From: an uncultured Methanosarcinales archaeon
Lineage (GTDB): Archaea > Nanobdellota > Nanobdellia > Woesearchaeales > CAYVYK01
Length of the DNA: 64,000 nt
Assembly (NCBI GenBank): GCA_964455675.1
Contig: CAYVYK010000009.1
Location: 1-64,000, forward strand
Direction: 5' to 3'
Part shown: piece by piece, positions 1 through 9,545 of the stretch
Numbering within the stretch: position 1 is the first letter of the stretch
Layout of the letters: the number at the start of each line of letters is the position of its first letter
Translations under genes and position numbers: made by a program
Notes under the pieces: generated by a model
The model's database searches: none
What the model was told of the DNA's origin: nothing
Seen by the model: only the letters and a program-made list of their open reading frames with translations

Positions 1-2
1 TC

Positions 3-1232
3 ATATATCCGGAATTCAGCAGCAACATACTCTATGAAACATTCGGGGGAGCGCCAACACAATCGTTTTCAAGCGGACAATTCGTGAAACTGCTCATCAC
101 TGGACAGATCCTTGACAGGACTCACAACTTCGGACTATCATACGAATCATTATTCCGTTGGGCAGATAATGCCCACATTTGGCGGCTTCCCGTTCTCACC
201 ATAGCGCTTCTCGTCGGACTCCTGTATCTCATCTGGAACTTTCGCACACACTTGGCATTGATACTGCTCTGGGCACTCACGATCATACTCGTCCTAGGGC
301 CTGACGACATGATACTCCTTCGACTATTACCCTTCGCATCGTCAGTACAGTTCCTGAGGTTTGCGTTCCTCTTCCAGCTACTCTCCATCATCATCGCAGC
401 GGTCGGAATCACATCGGCCCTCACATTTCTGTGGAGTACCCACTCACGCGTTGTACGGTACGGAGGAGTGCTCCTCATCATCGCTCTCGCGGTATCGCCA
501 CTGCATGAGCGGAACGTTAGCGCGACAGGGTATATTGAAGTCAAGCAGCCCCATGTTGAGCTCGGTTATGCGTTGCTCCTCAACCAAACCACTATTCGGA
601 CTGAAGGACGAGTGGTCCCGACAAGCGACTTCCCTTTCTATCTCTCCGGTATCGTCAAGTATTATGGCTATGAATCACTGCTTGACCTCTCCACGCACAA
701 CACAATCTATGGACCAATGATCAGCACCCTTTCCTTTGCAGAACCAGACTACCGCATGTACGAGCTGTTCAATATTCATTACATCCTCACGACCCGTGCA
801 TGGTATGAGAAGCACCGACCGAACGCGAGCATTATCGGCGAGACACCCGAACGGGTCATGCTTAGACTTCACGTTCCTTACGGATACTACCATGCTACAA
901 CAGACTACGCATCCACTACGAACATGAGCGCACTACCATGGCAGCTTGGTGACTGGATAAGGTCATATCAATCATCCAACGCGACATTCCAGGTGTATGG
1001 GAATGTTCCAGTAAGCAATGGATCGTGCAGAATCATTTGGGAGTCCCGCACACCCTTGAAATACACTGCCGAAGTTGACACCGATGCACCCTGCCTTGTC
1101 ATCCTGAAAATGGCATATAGCAAAGCGTGGACAGCGTACATCGATGGGCATGAAGCACGACACTACCTTGTCACGCCAGGATACAACGGAGTGATCGTCG
1201 ATCAGCCATGCCTCGTTGATTTCTCTATCTGA
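3..1232 (+). CDS. Multi-pass membrane protein, YfhO/GT-C-like (5' partial)
   Basis: Frame is open to the left edge; several TM segments; YfhO-like C-terminus (LKMAYSKAWTAYIDG...PGYNGV). Confidence 0.6.
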   Translation: MYPEFSSNILYETFGGAPTQSFSSGQFVKLLITGQILDRTHNFGLSYESLFRWADNAHIWRLPVLTIALLVGLLYLIWNFRTHLALILLWALTIILVLGPDDMILLRLLPFASSVQFLRFAFLFQLLSIIIAAVGITSALTFLWSTHSRVVRYGGVLLIIALAVSPLHERNVSATGYIEVKQPHVELGYALLLNQTTIRTEGRVVPTSDFPFYLSGIVKYYGYESLLDLSTHNTIYGPMISTLSFAEPDYRMYELFNIHYILTTRAWYEKHRPNASIIGETPERVMLRLHVPYGYYHATTDYASTTNMSALPWQLGDWIRSYQSSNATFQVYGNVPVSNGSCRIIWESRTPLKYTAEVDTDAPCLVILKMAYSKAWTAYIDGHEARHYLVTPGYNGVIVDQPCLVDFSI

Positions 1233-1265
1233 AGAATAAAAAAAAGTTAAAAAAATAAGAAAAAA
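1233..1265 (-). terminator. T-rich archaeal-type terminator after hppA
   Basis: A-tracts on the + strand (T-tracts on -) immediately after the hppA stop. Confidence 0.4.
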
Positions 1266-3323
1266 TTACAAGAACAGCGGCGCGAGCACGAGCGTGATCG
1301 TTGACAATAGCTTGATCAACACGTGCAATGAAGGCCCGGCAGTATCCTTGCAAGGATCTCCAACGGTATCACCGACAACCGCGGCCTTGTGAGCGTCCGA
1401 TCCCTTACCACCGTACACGCCAGTCTCGATGTACTTCTTCGCGTTATCCCACGCGCCACCGCCGTTATTCAGCATGGTCGCCACAAGAATTCCCGTTATG
1501 GTACCAACCATCAGGAGAGCGGCAACAGCCTCGTACTTCAAGAGCAGGCCGACCACAATCGGGAAGAGCACGGCAAGCAAACCAGGCAAGATCATGTTAC
1601 GCAAAGCGCCCTTCGTGGTAATGTCAACACACGCGGCATAATCAGGCTTGATCTTACCTTCGAGAATACGCTTGTCCTTGAATTGCCGACGCACTTCCTC
1701 AATGATGTAGCCAGCGGTCTTTCCGACTGCCTTAATCGCGAATGCGACGAACACGAAGACAAGCATTCCACCAAGGAGTGCACCAATGAATACCGGAACC
1801 TTCGCGATGTCAACAACCGAGAACGGTTTACCTGTCAGATTCGTGATCTCATCAAGATACGCGGAAAACAGCAGGAACGCAGCGAGCGCGGCAGAGCCAA
1901 TCGCATATCCCTTGGTCAGTGCTTTTGTTGTGTTACCAACAGCGTCCAAGCGGTCCGTACGCTTTCGCACAGCTTCGGGCGCGTCGGACATCTCAATAAT
2001 GCCACCGGCATTATCCGTGATCGGACCAAACGTGTCCATCGCGAGCACGTACGCGGCAGTTGAGAGCATACCCATCGTTGCAATCGCAGTACCATACAAA
2101 CCACCGTGGGCGATACCACTGTGCGTACCAAGCCAGTACGACATGTACAAGGCAGCACTGATCGCAATCACCGTAAGGCCCGTGTTCTCAAACGCAACAC
2201 CAAGACCAGAGATGATGTTTGTTGCGGAACCAGTCTTGCTCGCCTCGGCAATCTCCTTCACCGGCCGATACTTGTAATCGGTGTAGTAGTATGTAATGTA
2301 GACAATCGCAAGGCTCAAGAGGACTCCCACGATACCTGCTGCAAAGAACCACAAGTTACCTTTCAGCAAGATAGCAGTCGCCGCATAGAGTCCAGCGATC
2401 GCGAGCACCATGGAGACGAAGAAACCAAAGATGAGAGGTTTCATCGGGTCCTGATTCTCCTTAGGCCGCACTGACAGAATACCAATCGCGGAAGCGATCA
2501 GACCAAAGGCCCTTGCCACGAGCGGGAAGAGAACGCCTGCTACACCAAAGACAGGATAGAGAGCGACACCAAGAATCATCGCGCCAATGTTCTCTGCTGC
2601 GGTACTTTCAAAGAGATCAGCTCCACGACCCGCGCAGTCACCAACATTATCACCAACAAGATCAGCGATGACTGCAGGATTCCTTGGATCATCCTCAGGT
2701 ATACCCGCCTCAACCTTTCCAACGAGGTCAGCACCAACATCGGCGGCCTTCGTATAGATACCTCCCCCTAGCTGGGCAAAGAGCGCAACAAATGAAGCAC
2801 CAAATCCAAATCCAACGATAAGGAAAGGCGTATGCTGTGGATCAGCGCCAAACAGGAGGTATAACCCGGTAACCCCAAGCAAGGACATGGCAACAACGAG
2901 CACGCCAGAAACGGCACCTGCGCGCAGCGCAATCGTTAACGCACGAGCAAGACTATTCCTCGCGGCAGCGGCTGTGTGAATGTTCGCACGCACCGAAACA
3001 ACCATGCCTACGATCCCCGCAATTCCTGAGAACACTGCACCTGTCAGGAAAGCAACCGCGGTCATAATCGCAAGGTCCATCTTCCCATAGAGCGCATATC
3101 CCCCAAAGAGCAGGATTGCACACACAATCGCAAGGATTGCGATTGTCTTATATTGACGTTTCAAGAACGCAGTCGCACCCTCACGGATGGCAGACGCGAT
3201 ACTCTGCATCTCGGCAGTTCCCTTCTCCTGCTTCATGACATAATACGCAAGATACACGGCGAACAACAGGCCAAGAATACTTACAGTGAACACAAAAGGC
3301 ATTGCTAGCTGTTCTAAAGGCAT
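1266..3323 (-). CDS. hppA: Membrane-bound H+-translocating pyrophosphatase, K+-independent type
   Basis: Motifs GGGIYTKAADVGADLVGKVEAGIPEDDPRNPAVIADLVGDNVGD, GNTTKA, GGAWDNAKK and GDTVGDPCKDTAGPS. Confidence 0.97.
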   Translation of the reverse strand: MPLEQLAMPFVFTVSILGLLFAVYLAYYVMKQEKGTAEMQSIASAIREGATAFLKRQYKTIAILAIVCAILLFGGYALYGKMDLAIMTAVAFLTGAVFSGIAGIVGMVVSVRANIHTAAAARNSLARALTIALRAGAVSGVLVVAMSLLGVTGLYLLFGADPQHTPFLIVGFGFGASFVALFAQLGGGIYTKAADVGADLVGKVEAGIPEDDPRNPAVIADLVGDNVGDCAGRGADLFESTAAENIGAMILGVALYPVFGVAGVLFPLVARAFGLIASAIGILSVRPKENQDPMKPLIFGFFVSMVLAIAGLYAATAILLKGNLWFFAAGIVGVLLSLAIVYITYYYTDYKYRPVKEIAEASKTGSATNIISGLGVAFENTGLTVIAISAALYMSYWLGTHSGIAHGGLYGTAIATMGMLSTAAYVLAMDTFGPITDNAGGIIEMSDAPEAVRKRTDRLDAVGNTTKALTKGYAIGSAALAAFLLFSAYLDEITNLTGKPFSVVDIAKVPVFIGALLGGMLVFVFVAFAIKAVGKTAGYIIEEVRRQFKDKRILEGKIKPDYAACVDITTKGALRNMILPGLLAVLFPIVVGLLLKYEAVAALLMVGTITGILVATMLNNGGGAWDNAKKYIETGVYGGKGSDAHKAAVVGDTVGDPCKDTAGPSLHVLIKLLSTITLVLAPLFL

Positions 3324-3465
3324 TATTTCACCCCGGCGCTAGACCGTTGGTAGCTATTTAAAAATTTTACGATTTCCTCCATTTGACTTGGAAGAAAGAG
3401 CAGAATCTTAGGGGGGATACTGCACCACGAAGAATTTAAATAGGGCGAAGAGCAAGGAAAATGAC

Positions 3466-4122
3466 ATGGACGGCGCACAGAAACCAACAGGAGCACCGCA
3501 AGGCCAAAAGCAGGAAGTCAAGCCCACACCAAAATCCATCGGAATGCCAAAGCCGTACACTGACACAGAACAAATCCAGCATGAAAAGCACCAGGAATAC
3601 CGGGAACTCTTGTCAAAAGGAGAAATCAGCCTGATGCTCGACACGTACGATGATATCTTCTCAGACTTTGATCCAAGGCCATACCATTCCAGGGCATTAT
3701 CTGTGGACTTCCTTGATGAAGCATCACGCGCCGCGAGGGAAAAGTCGGGAACACTGCAGATCCACTTCCTCCTCCCCGCGCATGAACGCAAATACGCAAT
3801 CGAAGGGATCATCAAGAAACGACTGCGCGCGCATTTCGAGCGGCACTACCATCTCCTCCACAAGGAAGCAAAACAAAAGATCGTAAACGGACTCCTCATC
3901 ACTGCGCTCGGATTCATCCTCATGATCGGGGCCGCATACACATTCATCCATGAGGACGGACAATTCCTCATGATACTCCTTGGAGTCATCCTGGAGCCAG
4001 CAGGATGGTTTGCCGTGTGGGAAGGAATGTACATCATCTTCTTTAGCTCCCGCGATAACAAACAAGAACTGGAATTCTACCACAAGATGACACACGCGGA
4101 CATACGCTTTGACACGTACTAA
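3466..4122 (+). CDS. Hypothetical membrane protein (2 TM)
   Basis: 218-aa ORF with TATA-like tttaaata upstream; YDDIFSDFDPRP motif; two C-terminal TM helices. Confidence 0.75.
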   Translation: MDGAQKPTGAPQGQKQEVKPTPKSIGMPKPYTDTEQIQHEKHQEYRELLSKGEISLMLDTYDDIFSDFDPRPYHSRALSVDFLDEASRAAREKSGTLQIHFLLPAHERKYAIEGIIKKRLRAHFERHYHLLHKEAKQKIVNGLLITALGFILMIGAAYTFIHEDGQFLMILLGVILEPAGWFAVWEGMYIIFFSSRDNKQELEFYHKMTHADIRFDTY

Positions 4123-4729
4123 GCTTTGGTCATCCCGCTTGGAAGCGCGGCTCGAAGGATTGCGTCACGAAGAACCTTATTCTCCTCAAGAGAAGAGCGG
4201 CACTCCACGACGGCGTACCATTTCTCAGCTTCACAAGAGAGGCGGATAGATACCTCTCTCTTCACAGCGCTTTTCACACCGGACTCAACCGCCTTCAATA
4301 TCTTCTGATCAGTTATTGGAATCTTCACGACAAGAGGGACATCAGTTTTCCCAAAATTTGCGACTGGCTTCTCAAGAAAAATACGGTTTGGAATACGCAC
4401 ATAATCGTCGGGACGTTCAGGAGAGTCGTCGATGAGAACGAAAAACGTTCCAATGTGGAGCACACGTCCTTCATCATCACCGATCTTGATATAATCACCA
4501 ATCCTAAAGGGGCGCTTCGTCAGCAAAATGAACCAAACAAGGTAAGAGGTTATCACATCACGAATAGAAAGCGCAATGCCGGTCGCAACGAATCCCACAA
4601 AGATCGTGATGTTAGACGCAGTAACACCGAGCTCCCAGAGCGCGATGATTGTGGCAATCAGAAACACGATCGCACTATACAGCTTCGTGAGCAAAAGCTT
4701 TTGCTCGAGCTCGACAGACTCCTCAAACA
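4119..4729 (-). CDS. mscS: Small-conductance mechanosensitive channel MscS family (5' end lost in gap)
   Basis: GIALSIRDVI...RPFRIGDYIKIGDDEGRVLHIG...VRIPN. Confidence 0.85.
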
Positions 4730-4829
4730 NNNNNNNNNNNNNNNNNNNNNNNNNNNNNNNNNNNNNNNNNNNNNNNNNNNNNNNNNNNNNNNNNNNNNNN
4801 NNNNNNNNNNNNNNNNNNNNNNNNNNNNN
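4730..4829. other. Assembly gap (100 N)
   Basis: Run of N. Confidence 1.
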
Positions 4830-4923
4830 CAACGGAGAAAAAAAGATATTTAAATATTGTGTTATGAGCCCATTCATAAGGCTTTTAAGTATCATCTGAT
4901 TTATTGAGGGAGAGGTGTATTCA

Positions 4924-5136
4924 ATGAAAAAAAGTACAGCACTCAAGAGTGTATTTATCATATCCATAGCGGGAATCCTGTTCTCGGGGTATTTGTCGTT
5001 TACAGAACTCTTCGCAAAAACATGCCCGCTCGGCGGATGCTCGTTCGTCCTTGGCATGCCTGCGTGCGTGTATGGACTCATCATGTATCTCATTGTGGGT
5101 ATTGTCAGCCTCCTTGGGATCATGTCCAAAGAATAA
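4924..5136 (+). CDS. Small 2-TM protein with CxxxxC loop, VKOR N-terminal-like
   Basis: LFSGYLS...TCPLGGCSFVLGMPACVYGL; SD-like gagaggtg upstream. Confidence 0.6.
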   Translation: MKKSTALKSVFIISIAGILFSGYLSFTELFAKTCPLGGCSFVLGMPACVYGLIMYLIVGIVSLLGIMSKE

Positions 5137-5137
5137 A

Positions 5138-6202
5138 TCATTGATAACAGTGATTTCTCAATTTGCACGTAGACACTTTTCCGTCCATGATCGCGGGCAA
5201 GTTTTCGAGGAACCAGGAAAGTTCTCGACGATGGAATTCAAGAAGATCGCCTTCCACCTCCCCATAGGGCTTATGGATGTTTGAGACAACCGCGTGGGGA
5301 CAGGCAACACCCTCAAAGGAACCGCACATGTTAATGCTTCCGTCAGGCTCGACGATCATGCCCGGCCACTTGATAAGATCGGGACAGGTGTAGTCACCCT
5401 GAGACGGATTGCAGGCGCCACCCCTTTCCTCCATGTATGAAATGACTCGACCATGAGGGTAGAGGCGCGAGTCCACATTCGTGATATGAATATAACGCGG
5501 CATAAGATTCCAGACAACCCGGATGTCACGCTCCTTCTTATCGATGATTGGAATACCCGCAAGCATGGCATCCAATGTCGCGTAAAAAGCATCATGCACG
5601 CGGGAAGCCATCGTTGGCGAGAGATCAGGCAAGCGGTCGCCAAGCAGCGCAATCTTGACTGATCTAGAGAAAGAAAGATAGTCCTTAAGGGCGGCGTTCA
5701 TCACAGGCGCGAAACGCTCAGGATCGAAACCAGGCAGATAGTGATGGTACGTGATCATGGAATCAATCGGAACACCATGCATACTATAGTCCGCGAGGCG
5801 CTCGACAACACGCCGCGGGCGCGGAAACACGCTCCCCGCAACAGTGAATTCACTAATCCCAGCCTCAAGCAATACGTTGATTACGTCAGTGATGCTATGA
5901 CCATCCGATGTATACTCCAAAGGATTACCCCTGCGACCAAAATCAGCCGTGGCGAACAAACGCCACAGCGCAGGGTCAACACGAGCGATATCCTGAAAGG
6001 GCAGAGTCGTACCAGAAGGTTTTGAGTCGGAAATGCAGTGAAGACAACCTTGACTACAGTTATCATTCGGAGTAAGGATCAACCGCGGACGATACCGAAA
6101 GCAGTCTTCCAAGCTGACGTGCTCCTTATCCCAAACCTCCTTAACGCGAAGAAGAGTGTCATGAAGCGTGGAAGCAAACCTGGCAGAAAGCACACAGATC
6201 AC
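5138..6202 (-). CDS. Radical SAM enzyme with C-terminal SPASM/twitch-like Cys region
   Basis: CSQGCLHC (CxxxCxxC); C-terminal TCPD...VEPDGSINMC...ACP...TCKLRNHC; GTG start overlaps the upstream TGA. Confidence 0.85.
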   Translation of the reverse strand: MICVLSARFASTLHDTLLRVKEVWDKEHVSLEDCFRYRPRLILTPNDNCSQGCLHCISDSKPSGTTLPFQDIARVDPALWRLFATADFGRRGNPLEYTSDGHSITDVINVLLEAGISEFTVAGSVFPRPRRVVERLADYSMHGVPIDSMITYHHYLPGFDPERFAPVMNAALKDYLSFSRSVKIALLGDRLPDLSPTMASRVHDAFYATLDAMLAGIPIIDKKERDIRVVWNLMPRYIHITNVDSRLYPHGRVISYMEERGGACNPSQGDYTCPDLIKWPGMIVEPDGSINMCGSFEGVACPHAVVSNIHKPYGEVEGDLLEFHRRELSWFLENLPAIMDGKVSTCKLRNHCYQ

Positions 6203-6594
6203 CTGCAGGTCATAAGGCCGCCAGAAACTTCGTCGTCAGGACCATGACATGGCATGAGACCGCCAGTGTTTTCAATGTCATAATCAGGATGAGTACAAGG
6301 TTCAAGGCCGCCAGTCTGCTTAACCTCCCTATGCTCTCTCGTAGGAAGATCGCGCATAATATCTTCGAGCTCCCGACGGTACTTGAACACCTCAAGCCCG
6401 TCTGGATTTACACGGCAACCAGCGTCGAGAACGTGCTGGCCTTGCAGATACTCAACGACTCGTTTGTATGCGTCCCAAGGCACACCCTCATCGACCGGAG
6501 GAAGCTTACCTCCATCGACGAGAGGATGATACAAAGTTTCAAAATGCGTATTATCTATGCCAAGCGCGGCAAGCTCCTCTTGTACTGTTCCCAT
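6199..6594 (-). CDS. Putative RiPP precursor with three C-terminal [T/S]GGLx[P/T]C repeats
   Basis: TGGLEPC, TGGLMPC and SGGLMTC separated by acidic spacers; GTGA overlap with the radical SAM gene. Confidence 0.65.
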   Translation of the reverse strand: MGTVQEELAALGIDNTHFETLYHPLVDGGKLPPVDEGVPWDAYKRVVEYLQGQHVLDAGCRVNPDGLEVFKYRRELEDIMRDLPTREHREVKQTGGLEPCTHPDYDIENTGGLMPCHGPDDEVSGGLMTCR

Positions 6595-6697
6595 GAACCT
6601 TTGAGAAGATGCTGGGGTTCATAAATATTATGTGTGTCCTTGACATGCATAAATCATATATATCCTGAATACCTGAATGCCTTCGGGTGGTCCAATA

Positions 6698-6771
6698 ATG
6701 ATGCCAAAAGTGATCATGCACAATCAGGTCAGTCTTGATTCCAGCATCCATGGATTTACCCCCGACCTTGG
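6698..6771 (+). CDS. RibD/dihydrofolate reductase family protein, N-terminal fragment cut by gap
   Basis: MPKVIMHNQVSLDS resembles the RibD_C start motif (P.V.....SLDG). Confidence 0.5.
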
Positions 6772-6871
6772 NNNNNNNNNNNNNNNNNNNNNNNNNNNNN
6801 NNNNNNNNNNNNNNNNNNNNNNNNNNNNNNNNNNNNNNNNNNNNNNNNNNNNNNNNNNNNNNNNNNNNNNN
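6772..6871. other. Assembly gap (100 N)
   Basis: Run of N. Confidence 1.
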
Positions 6872-7882
6872 ATGATCGAGCTCCTTTTCCCCCTCGCGCT
6901 CTCATTCATCGGGATCATCCTCATCACGAAGGGATCAGACTGGATGACGGACTCAATGGTGCCGGTCGCGCAAAAGCTTGGCACGAGCTACATCGCAGTC
7001 GCAAGCATTCTCGTCTCAATCATGCTGAGCATCCCGGAAATCTTCGTCGCACTTTATGCGTTCTTCATGGGACATGAAGGAATTAGCCTAGGAGTCATCA
7101 TCGGAAGCATCATCTGCAACATCGGGCTCATGACGGGCCTATCTGCAATGATCAAGCCACTCTCTGTTGACAAAAGAGTTGTGATCAGGGACGGAGTATT
7201 CGCACTCATCATCTCCGTCGTTGTTTTCATCTCGGGATTCGATTTGCACTACAGCAGATCGGAAGGAATCATCTTCATCCTCCTCTTCATACCCTATGTC
7301 ATGAACGTCTGGTTCTTCGAAAAATGGGCGAGCGAAAAGGCGCGCGAAGAGGAACTCAAGGAGATCAAGGAAGAGCTTAGCGTCATTGGGCTGCAGCAAT
7401 TCCACCTGCAGCCAGGAGTGCTCCTCTTTGGCATTGGAACGGTTTTTCTCCTCGTTGGATCATTCATCTTCTCCGACGCGCTCATATCCGTCGCGAGACT
7501 GAGCGGATTATCCGATGTCCTCATTGGCCTCACCCTTGGAGCAATCGGGCCAAGCATCCCAAACATCGCAAGCGCGATCCAAGGGACGGTGAAGAACTAC
7601 ACAAAAATCGCGATCACCGAGACATTCGGCGCAGACATCTTCACGCTGCTCGTCACGCTTGGGCTCCTTGCAGTACTCTCACCTTTTAACATCGACAAGA
7701 AATGGCTCTTCCTTGACATCCCCATGATGCTCTTCATGACACTCCTCATGATGTTCTTCATCTTCAAAGGGCATCTCAAAGGAGAAAAAGCGATTCTCCA
7801 ATCAGAGGGAGCAAGCCTCGTCGCGTTCTACATCCTGTTCCTCATCGTGAACATGATCTACCTCACGATCCTCCCAGGATAG
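6872..7882 (+). CDS. Sodium:calcium antiporter (YrbG/CaCA family)
   Basis: Alpha repeats SIMLSIPE...GSIICN and GPSIPN...GADIFT; about 10 TM. Confidence 0.9.
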   Translation: MIELLFPLALSFIGIILITKGSDWMTDSMVPVAQKLGTSYIAVASILVSIMLSIPEIFVALYAFFMGHEGISLGVIIGSIICNIGLMTGLSAMIKPLSVDKRVVIRDGVFALIISVVVFISGFDLHYSRSEGIIFILLFIPYVMNVWFFEKWASEKAREEELKEIKEELSVIGLQQFHLQPGVLLFGIGTVFLLVGSFIFSDALISVARLSGLSDVLIGLTLGAIGPSIPNIASAIQGTVKNYTKIAITETFGADIFTLLVTLGLLAVLSPFNIDKKWLFLDIPMMLFMTLLMMFFIFKGHLKGEKAILQSEGASLVAFYILFLIVNMIYLTILPG

Positions 7883-7893
7883 ACGGCATCCCA

Positions 7894-8502
7894 TTAATGC
7901 TGGCCTAACTTACGATCAGTCTGGTAGTCCTTCACGTCAACCCTCTTCGCATTCGCACGCTCGAGCTGGAACAACACCAAACAGCCAAGAATCGACATGA
8001 TGCCAACGAGCGCGAACGTGTACTTAAAACCGATGTACTGCGCAATCGTCGCACCGATGAACGCAGTGAGCGCAGTCCCGAGGCCAGTGAGCGTTGAATA
8101 CAGCGTCCACTCATAACTCTCGCGCTTGCGGTCAAGATTCGTGCTCCAAAGCCCAAGCCACGTCGGGTATGCAAGACCGCTCCCTACACCATACAGAAGC
8201 TGGGCAACATAGATAAAATTGATGTGATTTGAGAATATGTAAATGAACGGAACAACCGCAACACATGTGCAGCCGATGATCAGCCACTTGACTTTATCCG
8301 CGTGCGTGTCAACATACCGCGAGAAGGGAAGCTGGATGAGGCACTTCGTCACGAGGAACAGCGTGCTCGCAAATCCAGCCGCAAAAATCGTACCGCCCAC
8401 CAGGTTATCCTTAATAAAAATAGCCAGAATCGGCTCAATCAAGCCAAAACCTGTCACGAAAAAAATATCTGATATCATCAAAATCTTGAGCGTGCGGTTC
8501 AT
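7894..8502 (-). CDS. Half-size MFS transporter (about 6 TM)
   Basis: MFS motif-A-like PFSRYVDTHADK; QLLYGVGSGLAYP; 202 aa. Confidence 0.8.
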   Translation of the reverse strand: MNRTLKILMISDIFFVTGFGLIEPILAIFIKDNLVGGTIFAAGFASTLFLVTKCLIQLPFSRYVDTHADKVKWLIIGCTCVAVVPFIYIFSNHINFIYVAQLLYGVGSGLAYPTWLGLWSTNLDRKRESYEWTLYSTLTGLGTALTAFIGATIAQYIGFKYTFALVGIMSILGCLVLFQLERANAKRVDVKDYQTDRKLGQH

Positions 8503-8538
8503 GGTTGAAAACCAAGAAGCGGATTATAAAAAGGTTAC

Positions 8539-8638
8539 NNNNNNNNNNNNNNNNNNNNNNNNNNNNNNNNNNNNNNNNNNNNNNNNNNNNNNNNNNNNNN
8601 NNNNNNNNNNNNNNNNNNNNNNNNNNNNNNNNNNNNNN
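8539..8638. other. Assembly gap (100 N)
   Basis: Run of N. Confidence 1.
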
Positions 8639-9399
8639 TTCTCAAGCAGCAGAACGGCAAGAGGCTGAGTCGCCGCGAGGGACGAGACGATAGTTGCGGG
8701 AAGGCCAGACATCGCAAAATACACCGTAAGAATGCCAACAAACGTCAGCGATTCGCTCAAGACGGCCCATTTGAGGTTATGCCATTCAGTCGGAATGCCC
8801 CTCCTCACCGGACCATAGACAGCAAGAACCATAACCGTGAGTCCCATAAAAATCACACTCACAGCCGTACCATTCCAAAACGGGATATCTGAAACGGCGA
8901 CCTTGATGAAAAACTCATACACCGCGACGACGAGAATCATGAGCGCGATGAGCCAAGCAGTCATCTTAAGCTGCAGCTTACCAATTCTGACGGACAAAAG
9001 CACAACGCCTATCAGGGTGACAACCATACCGACATAGCTCAGCAATGACAACACCTCATGCAGGAAGAGGAACGAAAGCAACGAAACAATCACCGGATAA
9101 AAATAGATAAAACCAATCAGATGGGAGACGTCCTCCTTCTGCAAGAGCAAGTAATACGGAAAAAACTGGGAACCTAAGAGGATACCCGCAAGCACGGGAA
9201 AAAGCATATCCGAAATGCGCACGCTCGACCAATCAAGAAACACGGCAAACACTCCGCCAATCATCACGTTCACAAACGCGGTAATCCATGCATAGCTTAG
9301 GGCATTCTTTACCCTCTGAGATACAACATACTTATCAACAATGTTCATGGACCCCCATGCAAAGGGGGAAATGATCGCAAAGATTAACGGCAGGAGCAT
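8639..9399 (-). CDS. EamA/DMT family transporter (3' end lost in gap)
   Basis: AWGSMNIVDKY, YPVIVSLLSFLFLHEVL, IVSSLAATQPL. Confidence 0.85.
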
Positions 9400-9545
9400 G
9401 CAGGCACTCCAGTTTTCTAAGTATATCAAAGTATCGGATGCTCCATCCCTCTCGTTATCCAGAGCATGCCGCATGATGAGCCGCGCGCAGCGCTAGGACA
9501 ATTCTCGCCTTGAGGGTGGTTACTGATACCAGACGATTGGAGCAA

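Noticed and set aside
4119..5168. 349-aa ORF spanning the gap
   Set aside because: Artefact of translating through N; only the part below 4730 is MscS
6677..7882. Apparent RibD-antiporter fusion
   Set aside because: Two different genes joined across a 100-N gap
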